From: Antedon mediterranea
Lineage: Eukaryota > Animalia > Echinodermata
NCBI RefSeq assembly: GCF_964355755.1
Contig: NC_092673.1
Location: forward strand, 5,332,001-5,396,000
Length of the DNA: 64,000 nt
Direction of reading: 5' to 3'
Shown here: positions 13,716 through 27,035 of the stretch, in pieces
Layout of the letters: each line of letters begins with the position of its first letter
Position numbering within the stretch: position 1 is the stretch's first letter
Position numbers and translations under genes: made by a program
Notes under the pieces: generated by a model
Database searches by the model: none
What the model saw: only the letters and a program-made list of their open reading frames with translations
Told to the model about the DNA's origin: nothing

Positions 13716-14769
13716 AGGCCAGACATAGACAATTGTAACATTATAATAATATTTAGTTTGTAAATAAAATTAATTTTGGAATACATCAAATTGACATTGA
13801 AGTAATGCATGGACAGACACCAAAAATACACTAAAAGGAAGAGGTATGTCAACTTCAAATTGTAATTTCATGGAAACAAAGAAAAAAACCCCTCCAATTT
13901 TTTTATATGTTGTAGTTGACACGTTGGGCTACATTTTTCATGATAGTCACCAACAAAACGGGCGTGTTCCACGGGGGAAATTTCAAGGTCAAAATATATG
14001 TCAAAGTTTTATTCAACTTAAAATTAACATAAAACACACACAATTAGTATATTTAGATTCCTTATGGTCTCCCCTTTACAAAAATACCTTTGCTTTTAAA
14101 ATCGAACCTATAGTTCCCGAGATACAGCTCTTTGAAACGTGGCGGACGCGCCCTTTTTTGCATAAAAACCGAAAATTGAAATTGCGATATCTTGAAAACC
14201 GTTGGTCCGATAAAGTTAAAATTTGAAATTTTGGCTTTAATTGCTATGAATCACCCATATACCAAATTTCATCGAAATTGGAAGAGGTAGGGTTTAACTC
14301 ATTGGGTGATCTGAGATGGAATGACCCTTAAACATAATTTCCACATATTGTTTCTCACTGTCACCCACCCTATTAGGTTTTGTCAAGACACATGCTATAC
14401 AACAAACTTAAATTTACTAACTGTACTTGATAATTATAGCATAAAAAGAATGCTTTGAATTTCAACAGAACATCTATTGACAGTTTAACATCTGTAGTTG
14501 CTAATGCTATGTACACAACAGTGTCACTGTCAAACAAAGGTTAAAGGTTATATAATAATAACAAAACACAAACATTAATTCTGAAAAAATCTTTAATTAT
14601 ACTAAATTAATAACCATGTAGATGATTCAATTTATTGGTTATTTTATACGTTTTTTTTAAATTTATTTCATAGGCATCTATTAACAGCAAGCACAAACTC
14701 GCCAATTTACAGGATGGATTAAAACTATTTCCTAATCATTTGAGGCTTATGGAGTGGAGTTACAACCCG

Positions 14770-14885
14770 GACACTAGGTCAAAATTGAACCCTGGCACTA
14801 CAGTAGGTCAGGATTGAACCCTGGACTTGGTCAGGATTGAACCCTGGACTTGAAGGCAAGCACGTTATCCATCAAGCTACAGCTC
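14770..14885 (-). mobile_element. Decayed tRNA-derived SINE head with reiterated B box
   Basis: Minus strand TAGCTTGATGG (A-box-like) followed by three CAGGGTTCAAT units. Confidence 0.45.
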
Positions 14886-17800
14886 CACTACTTTTCTCTA
14901 ACTTCACCATTTGTATAGATTTTGTTCATTAACATCATCCTGTTGCTAAACTTTGGAGATGCTTCAATATTTTTCTTTGCATCATGATGAGAGACCTTAC
15001 GAAGTGAGGTGCCAACTAAATTAAGGTCTTCTGGGTAAAACAATATGAAATTGTCATCTATATAAGATTTCGCAAAACATTAAATACCAATTTGACTGAA
15101 AGATATGATGGCCTGGATACAGTTTAAAGTAGTTTTAATAACATACAATTAAATATGTCACTATTCTTTTGAATACATACAGTACAGTAACGTTACATTA
15201 CAACACTTTGGCTTAATACAACTACTGTAAATTAATGGACGCTGTCAGGAGGCGATGTTTTTAACATAGGCTATAAAAAGATGTAATGTCAGCAATTATT
15301 TGTCTGAATAACATCGGATTGAAATGATATGTGTTTAACTCCGTTTAACAGGTGCACTAATTTCAAGCCACATAAAATTATTTTTACAATGAAGTTAATG
15401 TTTATTAAGAAATATAACAAAAATAACAGGGTTCTCAGAGCATAATAAAGTCACAAAACAACAATGATGACCAACTATGAGTGTCGCTTAACTGGAACCT
15501 ACAGTATTCTCCTAAAACAGCAAGATATATTTTGAAAATTTGAAAATTCATTGCAGAAATGGTACAGTCTGTGAACCCCACCCTCAAGTGAGAACATCCC
15601 AATATCCCAAAATGATCATAACCTTTTTGAGACATGGAAGTGAAAACCTGTTTGAGAAAGAGCTTGCAATACACAGTGATTTGCTGTTTGCAAAGAAAAA
15701 ATACTATAATCGCTAACCACAGGTGCGGCTGTTTTTTAAGACGGGACGCCAAAGAACACTAGGTTTAAATGTGTACTTTTTTTTCCCACGGAAGAACATT
15801 TTTTTAAATGCTTATAATTTATTAGGTATAACCAGTTCATAACCAGTACTGGTAGTTTGATTGTGTCGCAGCCTAATTTCCATTGTATTCAGTTTGGTGG
15901 TTGTTGTGTAATGACAATAGTTATTTAAATTATCCACAGACAATAGAAGATTGTTTGCACCATTCATTTGACCTTTTGAGGTATAAGGTCAAATTGACAC
16001 AATGATTGGTTACACTACAATAAAAAAATTCCTTCACAGAAACTAGTGTTGAGACTACTGTAGAATAAATTGGGTTTCCGTTTTCTGGATATTTTGTAAG
16101 GAGGATCCTTTAAAAAATATGGTTTGAATCTACATAGATCTAGGTTCGCAACATCAAATATTTATTTTTAACAAACTGAGAACTTGTTTATAAACATTTT
16201 AGTTTCAAATGGTGGCTGTTTTGGTAGGAGTGCAGACATTCACACAGCATGACATTCTCTGTATTCCGAAGGGAAAACACGAAACTAGAGCATAGACAAT
16301 GTGATTTAAGAATTCAAGGTAAATTGCATGACATTTTGCACTTTGGTGTGCAGAAAAATAAAATCAAATTTATCTAACATCAAATTGTTTGTCACACATT
16401 CAAATAGTAATAAAACTATGTTTTATACTGTTTTTAAGATAATAATTAATAGGTTTACAAAATATATTTAAAAACTATTTAATAAAGTGAACCCTAAACA
16501 AGTTAAAGTCAAAGATTTAAATGTGAAATATTAATATTAATCTATTTGTTCACTAAAAAAAATTAATCAAACAAAATAATATACCTGTTCTACAGTACTG
16601 TACATCAAATGATTGGCATTAATTTTATGTTGAAAAGCTTATAATGGGATATCTATCAGTGTTCTCAAATATGAATTAATTAATGAGTAATTCATTATCT
16701 TTATAGCAGTTACTGTATAGGCTTCATGGGTCTCTAGTACATTTTTCTTTGGCCTGTTTACACAGTAGGTTTAGCTATGCCTTTGGCTTGGCATTTACCT
16801 GATACAGTACCTTCAGGGGTATGTCAATTTATTGTGGAAAATACCTACTTCACTCCACTATGGCCAGTTTACAAGGAATTGACAATTAGCAGCTATGCCA
16901 GCCAGGGACCAGCTTCATACTGTATGTCAAAATATTTTTAAATGTCATATCTTTGAGATGTAAACTATGTTTCCTTTTTTACTGATGAATATGCAAGTCT
17001 GACATAATCCAATATACAGTAATTAATATGTAAAATATTGTCCATTGTCCCATATGGAGGTCACACAGTATGGTTGAATTGAAATACTTTTCAATAATAA
17101 TAATTTTTTAAACCCGTTTTATTTACTAGAAATGTAACAATCTCATAGTCATACTGTAAAGGTCGCCAAAGTAAAGACACAATTTGATTTCTTCAATTAA
17201 TAATAATAATTAATAACAAACAAATTAATAAGTATATCAATTATTCATCCTATTATTACTGTAATACAATGATACAAAGTGAATGAGAATTCAATTAACA
17301 TTACAATTCAGCAGTTAGTTTTTGGTACAATGGGCTATGGTATAACGATGACAAGGCTCTCCAGCATAATATTCATAATTTATTCAGCCTTACTCATAAG
17401 TTTACTATAGGCTGTAGCAGTGTATTACAGTTTAACTTTAATCAAGGTTACTACTACTAGTACTACACTACTGTACCTACAGTATACTGTACAACAATCA
17501 TGTAATGCATGAACTGTTCATGCATAATACAATAATACTAAATAATACTAACCAAAATGCATACACTAATACTGTATTTAAACCAACAATAAAGATTATT
17601 ATTTTTTAAGTAAATAAATAATTTTTTTAGTATAAAAATAAGTCTATAATTTATTTTAAAATGACTACAGTTTACTGTAGTACAATTGTCAAACATATTT
17701 GATATAATTGTGGTGCTTTTAAAATAAATTTCTTTAGTTTAATCACAGAAACAATTGTCTATGGGAAAAAATGTAAGCCTAAAAATATTTATTTTTGATA

Positions 17801-20113
17801 TACCGTATATCTAGCTCTACCAATGGTATCGAGCACTGTATGCTAGACCATCTAGTTTATCTCTTCTTACTCGGATATTAGAAGGTAATATATACAGTAT
17901 TACGAAGGTATGATGTTTACAAGCCTTGCCTACTATACTAGCTAACTGTATATGTGCAAATAATTCTTATTTCTCCAAACATGCTTTTAAAGTTATTATA
18001 GAAAAAACCATCTGCAAAAAATATTTTTAAATAGATTCTTCGAACAATCCGTGCTTATTCCTCTGTGCTACAAGTACGAGGCAAGCGATGTTATTTAAAC
18101 AAAATTCATTAAAAAAATATTGTGCTCAGTGAAAATTACTTCACTTGATTGATAATGCTCTTGTCAATTTAAAGAAAAAAAACATGAATGATAAATAGCA
18201 AAAAAGCAAAGGCCTAGGGCACTTAATCATAATTATAAGTACCTATGTTGAGGAGCCTCCTATGCTTTATTCATTGATATACAATTTCAGTGTGAAATGA
18301 ATACTTCAGTGTACATAATAAATGATTCAAATACAATTTCTATATCTAACAAAAAAAAAGCACATTTAATTTGTTTTTAAATGTACTGAGGTCAATGGTA
18401 CAATACAGTATGCAATGTATAATAATAACACAGTCATTAAAATAGTCTATTTAAAATCTGCAGTAAATTGCTTTAAAATCAAAATGAACTAATAAATAGG
18501 GTGGGAATAGGGTAGAATATACATAGGATGGGCTTGGAAACATCATTGCATACTGTACTTTTACTTTTAAATATTTGCATTATGTCTAGACTAATTGCAG
18601 AATTAAAACTAGATTTAAACATTAATTTCTCCTTAAATAAGAAATATATGAATGGCTTAAAATACTAAACTGTGTAACGTTATTGTATACTGTACTATTG
18701 TTATCCAAGGAAGTTAATATTTAGGATAGGGAAGTCGGTGTGGCACAAATTACATAATTAATATGTATTATAGTTCAAATCAATTATGCAGTTAAAAAGC
18801 CTTTATGACACAAACATGCATAATAGTAGCATTTGTAGTATAATTTATTATTGTATTGTTGTAGATCAAGTATTTTAAAATTGTTGCATTTAACAAAATG
18901 CACTGTAAGCTAAACTTGCTTGGATACTGTATGAAAGTTTACTAACTACTGTAGGGTCAAAGGGCCTTAAAGGCTACTGGGTACACCCAGGGGCCTACTG
19001 TACAGGCTGCATTATAGTCACATGTGGCTAGGCTAGGTAGGCTAGATCAAACAAATTCCCAGGGTCATTTTTATATAGGATACAAGTAGTGTGTGGAAAC
19101 GATCTGGATTATACTGTGTATTTCATATTTACTTAACAGAATAATATGGTTAAAATTCATAAAGGGTCAAACTCTATTAGCCACACCTATACTACCTATA
19201 CTGTAGTTATACTGTACATACAGTATCCAGAACAAATTATACTGACAACAGTGTATACTGTATTTACTCAAATGCTACACTACAGCATACTTTAGAAACA
19301 TACAGCACGGTAACTAACCTGTATTTTTTATATTTGGATTAATTATACTGTTGTGGACTAATTTTTAGGCAAACACAAATTTAGTCAATAAAAATAATAA
19401 TTAATATAATGGCTAAACGAAAATATTAATGGACTATACTGTACTAAAAAAAGTACTACAAAAAGAGATTATCAATATTTTCAAGAATGGACTTGGAAAA
19501 CGTTAAAATTCAAAATTAACAGTCATTTGGCATGACCATGTGTTAATAATAGATTACAAAATTTGAATATATTAATCCGTACAAGGTTGATTAAATAACA
19601 AAATAAAGTTACCAATAGTAATATACCCCCTTAGATGTTTTCTATGAACAGTACTGTACAAAGGAAATGAAGGGTCTGCATAGTTGTTAATGAGATGGAA
19701 AATATCCGCAATAGAAATACCCTATTTCAAATTAATCAATACATGAAAAACAGGTAATTAAGGTTAGGTCGATTGCTGCACAAATATAAAAACTTGTTCA
19801 AAGTATTTAGTAGTAGAAGTAGGCTCATAGTACTCGTGCATTAATTGTTAGCTATACGGATTAGACTGTAGAAAAAGGCTGAAAAACATTTAGAAATTCT
19901 TTTATGTACCGTAATGTATTTAGGGATCTGTAGACAAAAAGGAAAGGCCTTGAATTCAAGGATCATACTACTGTACTAGTAATACAGTGACTGGTTTCCA
20001 CTTGTTTCCTGATCAGTGCTTTTAAATCCTATTGGCATTTATTTGCAAATACATTTTACAATCAGTTTAAAAACTTGTAGAATTTTCATTGTTATGCACC
20101 TTGCAAATAAGGG

Positions 20114-20480
20114 TTAAACAGGGAAAAATTTCAATTTTAAATTTCGTTTAGCAATATTGCTAATCAAACTGATTTTTGCGTTTAGAAATATATAGTACAC
20201 AGGGAAAAATTTCATTAAAAAATTTTGTTTAGCAAAATTGCTAATCAAACTGATTGTTGAGTCGAGAAACATAGTTTTGTATTACATTTTTTGCTACACA
20301 ATTTGGGAAATGTGTAGCAATAAGGTTGTTTTGTATAGCTTTTTGCTATGCTACACTGGGGAAATTATTCCCTGGTACAGTAGTTTTGTATTGTATTTTT
20401 TGCTACACAATTGAGAAACTAAGGTTGTTTTGTATAGCTTCTGGATGCTTGCTACACTGGCAAAATTATTCCCTGTTTAA
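20114..20480. mobile_element. Probable MITE with internal duplications
   Basis: ttaaacagggaa ... ttccctgtttaa inverted ends; both terminal blocks are duplicated internally. Confidence 0.45.
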
Positions 20481-21929
20481 TAGTAAACTGGTACAATAGT
20501 ACTGTACTGTGGTAGTGAATTATAATATTCATTAGTTGTCCAAAGATTATAGGGATACAAACAAATATGGTAATACTCTATGATACAAAGTTATTGAGTT
20601 AATTTATTCATTAAATATCTCCATTAAACTAAATACAAACCATTAACTTCAGTAGGTTGTATTGTTTTCATGTACTGAAGAAAGGCTTGCTATTTTTTAT
20701 ACACTTGACCTGAGCTAAAAACTATGCATAATTATTTACTTCATCAAGTAAAAATATTTTACTTAAATTGACTCATCCATTATTTATCAGGCTTTGAACA
20801 AATTTGTAGTTCAAAAGGTCAACATATTTAGATATTATATAAATTTCTTTTAATAATTAATATGTGCTAAAATAATTATTTAAAAATATTATTAATAATC
20901 ACTGTCACCCACATATTTGTTTATTTTCATTTGCAACATTATATTGTTTAATTCAGATATTATCCTACGCTTTATTTGTTTAAATAAATTAATTTGTGAT
21001 ATTTGATATTAGGCCAAGTACCGGTAAACATTTGTTTTACTTATTTAAAACATTAGTTTATTTATTTTGATTTTGATATTTATTAATACTTTTAAAAAAA
21101 TAAACAAATTTCTATTCTTTCAATGATATCATGTTTTGGTTATTAAAAATAGATAGAAGTAACGATTCTATACAAAACAAGTAAAAAATAACCCTAAAAT
21201 AGCGACGTTCTATTAATTCATGTTACATAATATAGGTATAGTTTTGTTTTTACACATAAAATAAAATGTTAATATTAGGAATACAGTATGAATTGACCAG
21301 ACAAACTGTAGATATAAGACTACTGGTCCAATGCTATTTTCTAACAACTTAAATAATAATATATTACTGTACATTGTTTAATCAATTATTAATTTCATCT
21401 TAATATTTTTATTATATAATTAAATATTATATACAAAAAAATATCCCTTGTAAACAATGTAATGCATAAACAATAGTTCAACAGTTTCTTATATAGGCTA
21501 CATACAGTATGGTAGACAAATACGCTAGACTGTGTAGGGAGTACACCTTACAAAATCATAGATTTTTAGTAAATTGAGGGGTCGCAGGAAAATTCATGGT
21601 AAGACTGAGGATGAATAGCCTATTCTATAAAAAGAGTAGCATAGGCCTAGGCCTAGATAAAGGTAAAAAAGGTAAGTTGGGCCTATAAATACAATACTGT
21701 ACCTAGCAGCTACTGTGTATCTAGGCCTAGCCTATAATCAGAACACAGCACCGACAGAGTAGAGAGATGTCCTGTGCGGACTAATTTAAGAAAAATAATA
21801 GTAATCACTGTATATTAATCATATACGCTTATATCTCTTAAACTAGAGTATAACAGGAACACCATAATTACAGCAAACAAAAATATAAAAAGCAACGAAA
21901 CTATAAAATACCGTTGAAGGTAAACTCAC

Positions 21930-22103
21930 CGAAGTAACGTCGTGTTTTGTAGGCCTGGTTGAAGCTCCGTGGTTGCCATCAACCGCTCGGATTATCCCAG
22001 CTTGCCAATTCCACTCAGAAATTTTATTTAGTTTCAATTTTCCAGAGCCAGAAACGCGGAGAAATCGCTTACCGACTAACTCCTCCCGATATTCTATTCC
22101 CAT
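21930..22103 (-). CDS. JMJD1C: JMJD1C/KDM3-family JmjC histone demethylase, first coding exon (58 codons)
   Basis: MGIEYREELVGKRFL...W.W.AGIIRAV matches the vertebrate JMJD1C N-terminus as I recall it (MAVETRAELVGKRFL...WRAGVIRAV). Phase-0 donor GTGAGT starts at 21929. No downstream exon recognised in the window. Confidence 0.88.
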
Positions 22104-23209
22104 AATGTGCTTTACACTTCACATTTCTCCATGAACTGAACAAAAATCGTAAAATGTTAGTCCAAAATTTAGGAATCCCGCTGTCAGACAATCTCCCCGC
22201 TGTCGACCTCCAGCAGTATGCGCAATAATTCTGTTTGGGATTTCTTGTTGTGGGTCAAAGGGTCACATCACACATCGACAACTCACACACACAACCTACT
22301 CAGCAACAACTCACTACCATCAGCAACAGGGAGATGCAGTAGCAACTAAAGGTCGTTGCTGATGGTTGCAAACTTAAATTTTACGGTATAAATAATACAT
22401 AATAGCAATATAAATAACAGTGTATTAGCTGGTAAAAATAATTCAGCTAAAATGTAAAATTGCATTTAATTAAAATACTTAATCTAATTCATGTATCTTA
22501 TTCTAATAAGTTAGTTAGTGATTTAATTTTAAGTATAGAACATTAATATCATATTTTAGCTTTTCATAATTTGTTGATTGAAAAGATGAGACACCTAAAA
22601 ATTAACATAGCGTCTAGAATATGTATGTTTTGTGACCAATGATAGAAATAAAAACGTTAGGCTACCGTATGTCTGATTTAAATGTATAGTCCCTACATGT
22701 AAAAAAAAAATAAATGTCGTTGCTGATGGTTGCAATGTAATATTGATTGGTAAGAAACAACATATCACTTTATGGAATTGATTGTCACGTCAACAAAATA
22801 GTTTTTAAACGCGAGGAAATCATGTAAAAAAAAAAAGTTATAAATAAAATAAATAAAATGATTTCATAATCATTATACTGTATAATAGTTATATGCTTAT
22901 ATAAAGCTTATATAAAGCTTAAATAAAGGTATACCTGTATACAGTATCCGACAATTGTATTATGTGAAATGGGTCAGAGGTCAATGTTTATTGAAATAAA
23001 AAGAAAAAATTAAATAAAGTTAATCGGGAAACCGTGGTGGTGGTGGTGATGGTAGAAAACGGGACGGATCCTGAGGGGGTCATGAGGAGAGAACACTTGG
23101 TCATCGGCTTGGGGATGATGGATGGAACATTTAAAAGTCGGATATACTAGAAAATATATAGGCCTACGTTAAAAAAAAAACAGGCATTCTTATAATACCG
23201 ATGTTGATC

Positions 23210-23331
23210 AACATCAACAATGAGGATATATAAAAGAGCATAACAAAATTGAAAATATTTTTCTAAAAATAACATCAACAATGAGGATATATAAAAGAGC
23301 ATAACAAAATTGAAAATATTTTTCTAAAAAT
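23210..23331. repeat. Perfect tandem duplication, 61 bp x2
   Basis: aacatcaacaatgaggatatataaaagagc... at 23210 and 23271. Confidence 0.9.
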
Positions 23332-24719
23332 AAAATCATTTTATATTTTCCCCGGACACTTGTTTTTCATAAGCCAACATCTTATTATTATACGGTTCAT
23401 GCACAACATATGCACCATCATAAAAGATGTTTTAATTTTGTACAGATATGTTTTAAAAATGAATAAATAAAAGTTATGACTCCTCCTGAAATATTCATTC
23501 ATTTTCGCTGCAATAACAACATCTCCGTTAACCTACCTAGACGTTACATGACTAGTTCTGAATCGTTTCTGCCGAGAAGTCCATCCCTGAAAATACGAAA
23601 GTTTTTTTTTTATCACAGATTTAGCATTCATGAAATGAATCATGAGATGATACTTAATTTGAAAAAAGTAAACCTGTAAGGGAACGGCACGATTTATTAT
23701 GGTGTATATATATGCGTATACGTACGCGCACGTACACAAACCACCGCGCCGTATTATTATGTCAGTGTCAGCAATATTTGTTATTGATAAATTCCTGTAT
23801 ATATCATTATTTTAAAGCAAGTCCATTTATTTTTCTGATAGATCATCCTACAAACGATTTTATTTTTGTATTTGCATTTTATCAATATCGCCGTCGTCTG
23901 TCTAATTATTACAATTATCATGATCCTTTTATCATCTTCGTCAGCAGAACTGATTCATTATCACTATCTAATGAACTTACACAACTTAATATGCCTCGAT
24001 CGCAGAAGTCAGAAAAAGTAAGACATTTTTTACTACTCTAAAGAGGGCGCTATTCAAATTTTTTAGGATAGTACCTGTTCACAATTCAACATAACGCATT
24101 ATCTGTATACAGTAACCACATTTATAAATAATTTTCAGTGTCCTATAGGCCTATTATATGTAATTTCACTTTGTAGTATATTCAATGTGGGTAGCGCAAT
24201 GATATATTTATTTAATTGATAATATCTCTCACAATTAGGATATTAAGCATTGATGATCATAGATATTGTTTTAAATTGCTAATTGATCAGAAATAACTCA
24301 ATTTCCGAATAGCCTTTTTATGTTGGTTCGCGGGCATAGAGAACTACATAAAGTTTTCAGAAAATCACGGATGCTATAACATCAACGATGTAATTAGTGT
24401 ATAGGCAGAAATGTAGGCCTATCCAGTTTAGTTTATCAATGTTACACACGGTATAAGTCAATAAAAATGGAAGTGTTGACTCGACTCCTTGCAATCATAA
24501 TTGCCCTTCGCTTAATCTGATAAGCAGGGCACGAATGTATGTTTGCTTTGAATAAATATCTACCAAAAAAAAAACTCAGCATTGAACTTCGGACTCTTCA
24601 ATTCCTGTATACAATTCAACACGATCAGTCGTGTTCTCGAATCAATTGAGTAGGCTATACGGGAGGCTATACTGTGTGGTGGTATAAGGAATTCATATTG
24701 GCTATTGCATAAACTTAAG

Positions 24720-24879
24720 ATGAATCCAATCATATTTATCTTCATTTTTTCAAGTTTTTCAATATTTGGTTGGATTGCGTATAAATGGGTTTACTCTCGA
24801 GTAAGATCTGCATTCACACGATGTCGTAGTAAGAGAGATATGAAGGGGAAAACTGTTATCATCACTGGTGCAAATTCAG
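24720..24879 (+). CDS. Retinol dehydrogenase-like SDR (RDH11-14 type), exon 1
   Basis: Hydrophobic N-terminal anchor, then MKGKTVIITGANSG (start of TGxxxGxG); donor GTGAG at 24880, phase 1. Confidence 0.93.
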
Positions 24880-25134
24880 GTGAGAAATGTTAAGTCAAAA
24901 AGTACATTACATTTACAGTACTTTGTTTGGTGGCGCTGTTTTAGTTTAGTCCGAAAGGACAATTATATACGTGTATAGCACCCCACCCCGAATATGTATA
25001 CCTATTCATTCATAAACAAAAAGAAATTTGATATTTAAAATTATAAATTAAGTATATTCTCATTGCAGCTCATATCAAATAAACTAAACGGCTTTTGTAC
25101 GCGCGCGTTACAGTCATTTTGTCCAATTATCGAG

Positions 25135-25197
25135 TCGCGTTTGATAAATGTCTTGGGTTGTTGCGCTTACGTCCTTGTCCTAGTGGGAACACAGCTT
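25135..25197. mobile_element. Family A MITE fragment in SDR intron 1
   Basis: ttgcgcttacgtccttgtcctagtgggaacacagcttaa resembles the family A terminus. Confidence 0.55.
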
Positions 25198-25260
25198 AAC
25201 GTCAAAGTTGCCATACTGTTGCAAACATTTTTTTTAAACAAAACTTGTGCACAATTTCAG

Positions 25261-25500
25261 GAATCGGAAAGGAAACCGCTCGTGATCTTGCCAGACGAGG
25301 AGCAAAGGTGATCTTAGCATGTCGTTCTTTATCTAAAGCACAAGTGGCATCCAACGATATTCGTGCAACGACTAAAAGTGAAGAAGTATATGTAAAACAG
25401 CTAGACATTTCGTCTCTTTTTTCAGTGCGACGATTTGTAGAAGAGATAAAGCGAGAGGAAACTAGACTTGATGTTTTAATTAACAACGCAGGAATTTCAG
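25261..25500 (+). CDS. RDH-like SDR, exon 2
   Basis: Acceptor tttcag; GIGKETARDLARRGAKVILACRS...LDISS...LDVLINNAGIS; donor GTACGG. Confidence 0.95.
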
Positions 25501-25941
25501 GTACGGTATTTATGCAAATTCGTGTAGTTCCGGGTTCAATTTATCCATTTCGACTTTGCCACCTTCAGTCATAATATACTATGAACGTACACTTGTTGCA
25601 ATTAATAAATATTGTATTTCAGTACATTATATTAAATAATTATGTTGCTCTGTACATTTTTGTAGCACTTTGCACCCAAAACATAATCTAATTTACCTTA
25701 TCAATACAGTTATTAAATGGATTACCGTGGGCCGACAAAACTCCCGTCCATTTTGTCTCAACCAATGTCCACCTGTATAGGCCTAAGTATAATAACTTTA
25801 AATTAATTCTTTTGTTTGTCTGTTCGTTGAATCATTGCTCCATCCAATCATCATATCCCCGAATCTCACTTGATCGAACCAAAGCAAATATAACCGAACA
25901 TACACTTTAATTTATTAGCTTTTCTGATTTTCTTTTCTAAG

Positions 25942-26034
25942 CCCCCAGTGAGCAAAGTATAACAGAAGAAGGGTTAGAGCTGACATTTGCAACCAATCAT
26001 TTAGGACATTTTTTACTTACCAATCTTCTTCTTG
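25942..26034 (+). CDS. RDH-like SDR, exon 3
   Basis: [31 protein letters not shown]; donor GTAAGT; 93 bp keeps the frame; absent from the ORF track. Confidence 0.93.
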
Positions 26035-26230
26035 GTAAGTTCTATGGAGAGTTAAACCGGCCCTAAACTACATGATTGGTTGGCCTACTAAAATAATAAT
26101 ATTGATTGGTCAGAAACAACATATTACTTTATGAAATTCACTGTCAACAAATAGTTTATTTATTTAGACGCGGGGAAATTTGTTGGGTTCCGAAGGTGTT
26201 CTTTTTATACTGTTTTATTCAGTTCCTTAA

Positions 26231-26930
26231 AGCTTGGTTCTAACTAGGAGGACGCAACGCAAGGACGTAACGCAACGCAAAGTGATTTAACAAATCACAA
26301 GCGATGAAGTATTAGAAAAGTCGCGTGTGATTGGTCAACTCGCTTTCGTCTCTACGCTCTAGTGGGAACCAAACTTTAAGTGTCATTGGTTAAAACGCTT
26401 GCATTGCGTTTACGTCCTTGCGTTACGTTCTAGTGGGAAGATTATTCAAACAGTTTGTCATTGGTAAACTCGCTTGCCTTTCGTCTACGTCCTTACGTTG
26501 CGTCATAGTGGAAACTGAGCTTAAGCGAGTTGATCAATGACAAGCGACTCTTCAAATAATCCATCGCTTGTGATGGTCAACTCACTAAAGCTTGAAACTA
26601 GATACAGTATTAAAAGGACCTTCGGAAAATGTCCCCTAAATCTAAGATAACATGCCCTTTCGAGGACTTTGTTACCAACCAATAGGTCGTAAAAGCAACG
26701 TAAAGCTTGGTTTTCACTAGAGACGCAACGCAACGACGTAACGTAACGTAAGTGATGGCAAGCGAGTGACGAAGTTATAGACAGTTAGCAATCACAAGAG
26801 AATAAGCCATCGCTTGTGATTGGTCAATTCACTTGCGTTGCGTTACGTCCTTGCGTTGCGTCGCTAGTGGGAACCACGCTTTACGTTCCGTTTACGTCCT
26901 TGCGTTACGTCTCTAGTGGGAACCAAGCAT
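26231..26930. mobile_element. Cluster of 4-6 full or partial family A MITEs in SDR intron 3
   Basis: Repeated agcttggtt..cactag / tagtgggaaccaagc ends; 26770-26882 is nearly the reverse complement of 3230-3340. Confidence 0.85.
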
Positions 26931-27035
26931 TAGGAGGTACATTAAATAGCGGTGTACCTCAGAGTGTCCCAAAGATACCCTAAAAAAATATACCTCCAAT
27001 AAGGAAAATATGTATATTTTATTTAATATCTATAG

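Larger units (their letters stand above)
11751..14327 (+). mobile_element. Sola (probably Sola2) DNA transposon, internally deleted, with long TIRs
   Basis: Near-identical inverted repeats 11751-12270 and 13817-14327; GGG...CCC termini; TTAA at 11747-11750 and 14328-14331; internal transposase remnant. Confidence 0.85.

Noticed and set aside
13846-14226. 126-aa ORF
   Set aside because: Lies wholly within the right TIR of the Sola-like element and has no recognisable domain.
21843-21929. C-terminal hydrophobic part of ORF 21843..22103
   Set aside because: Read-through past the GTGAGT donor into the intron.
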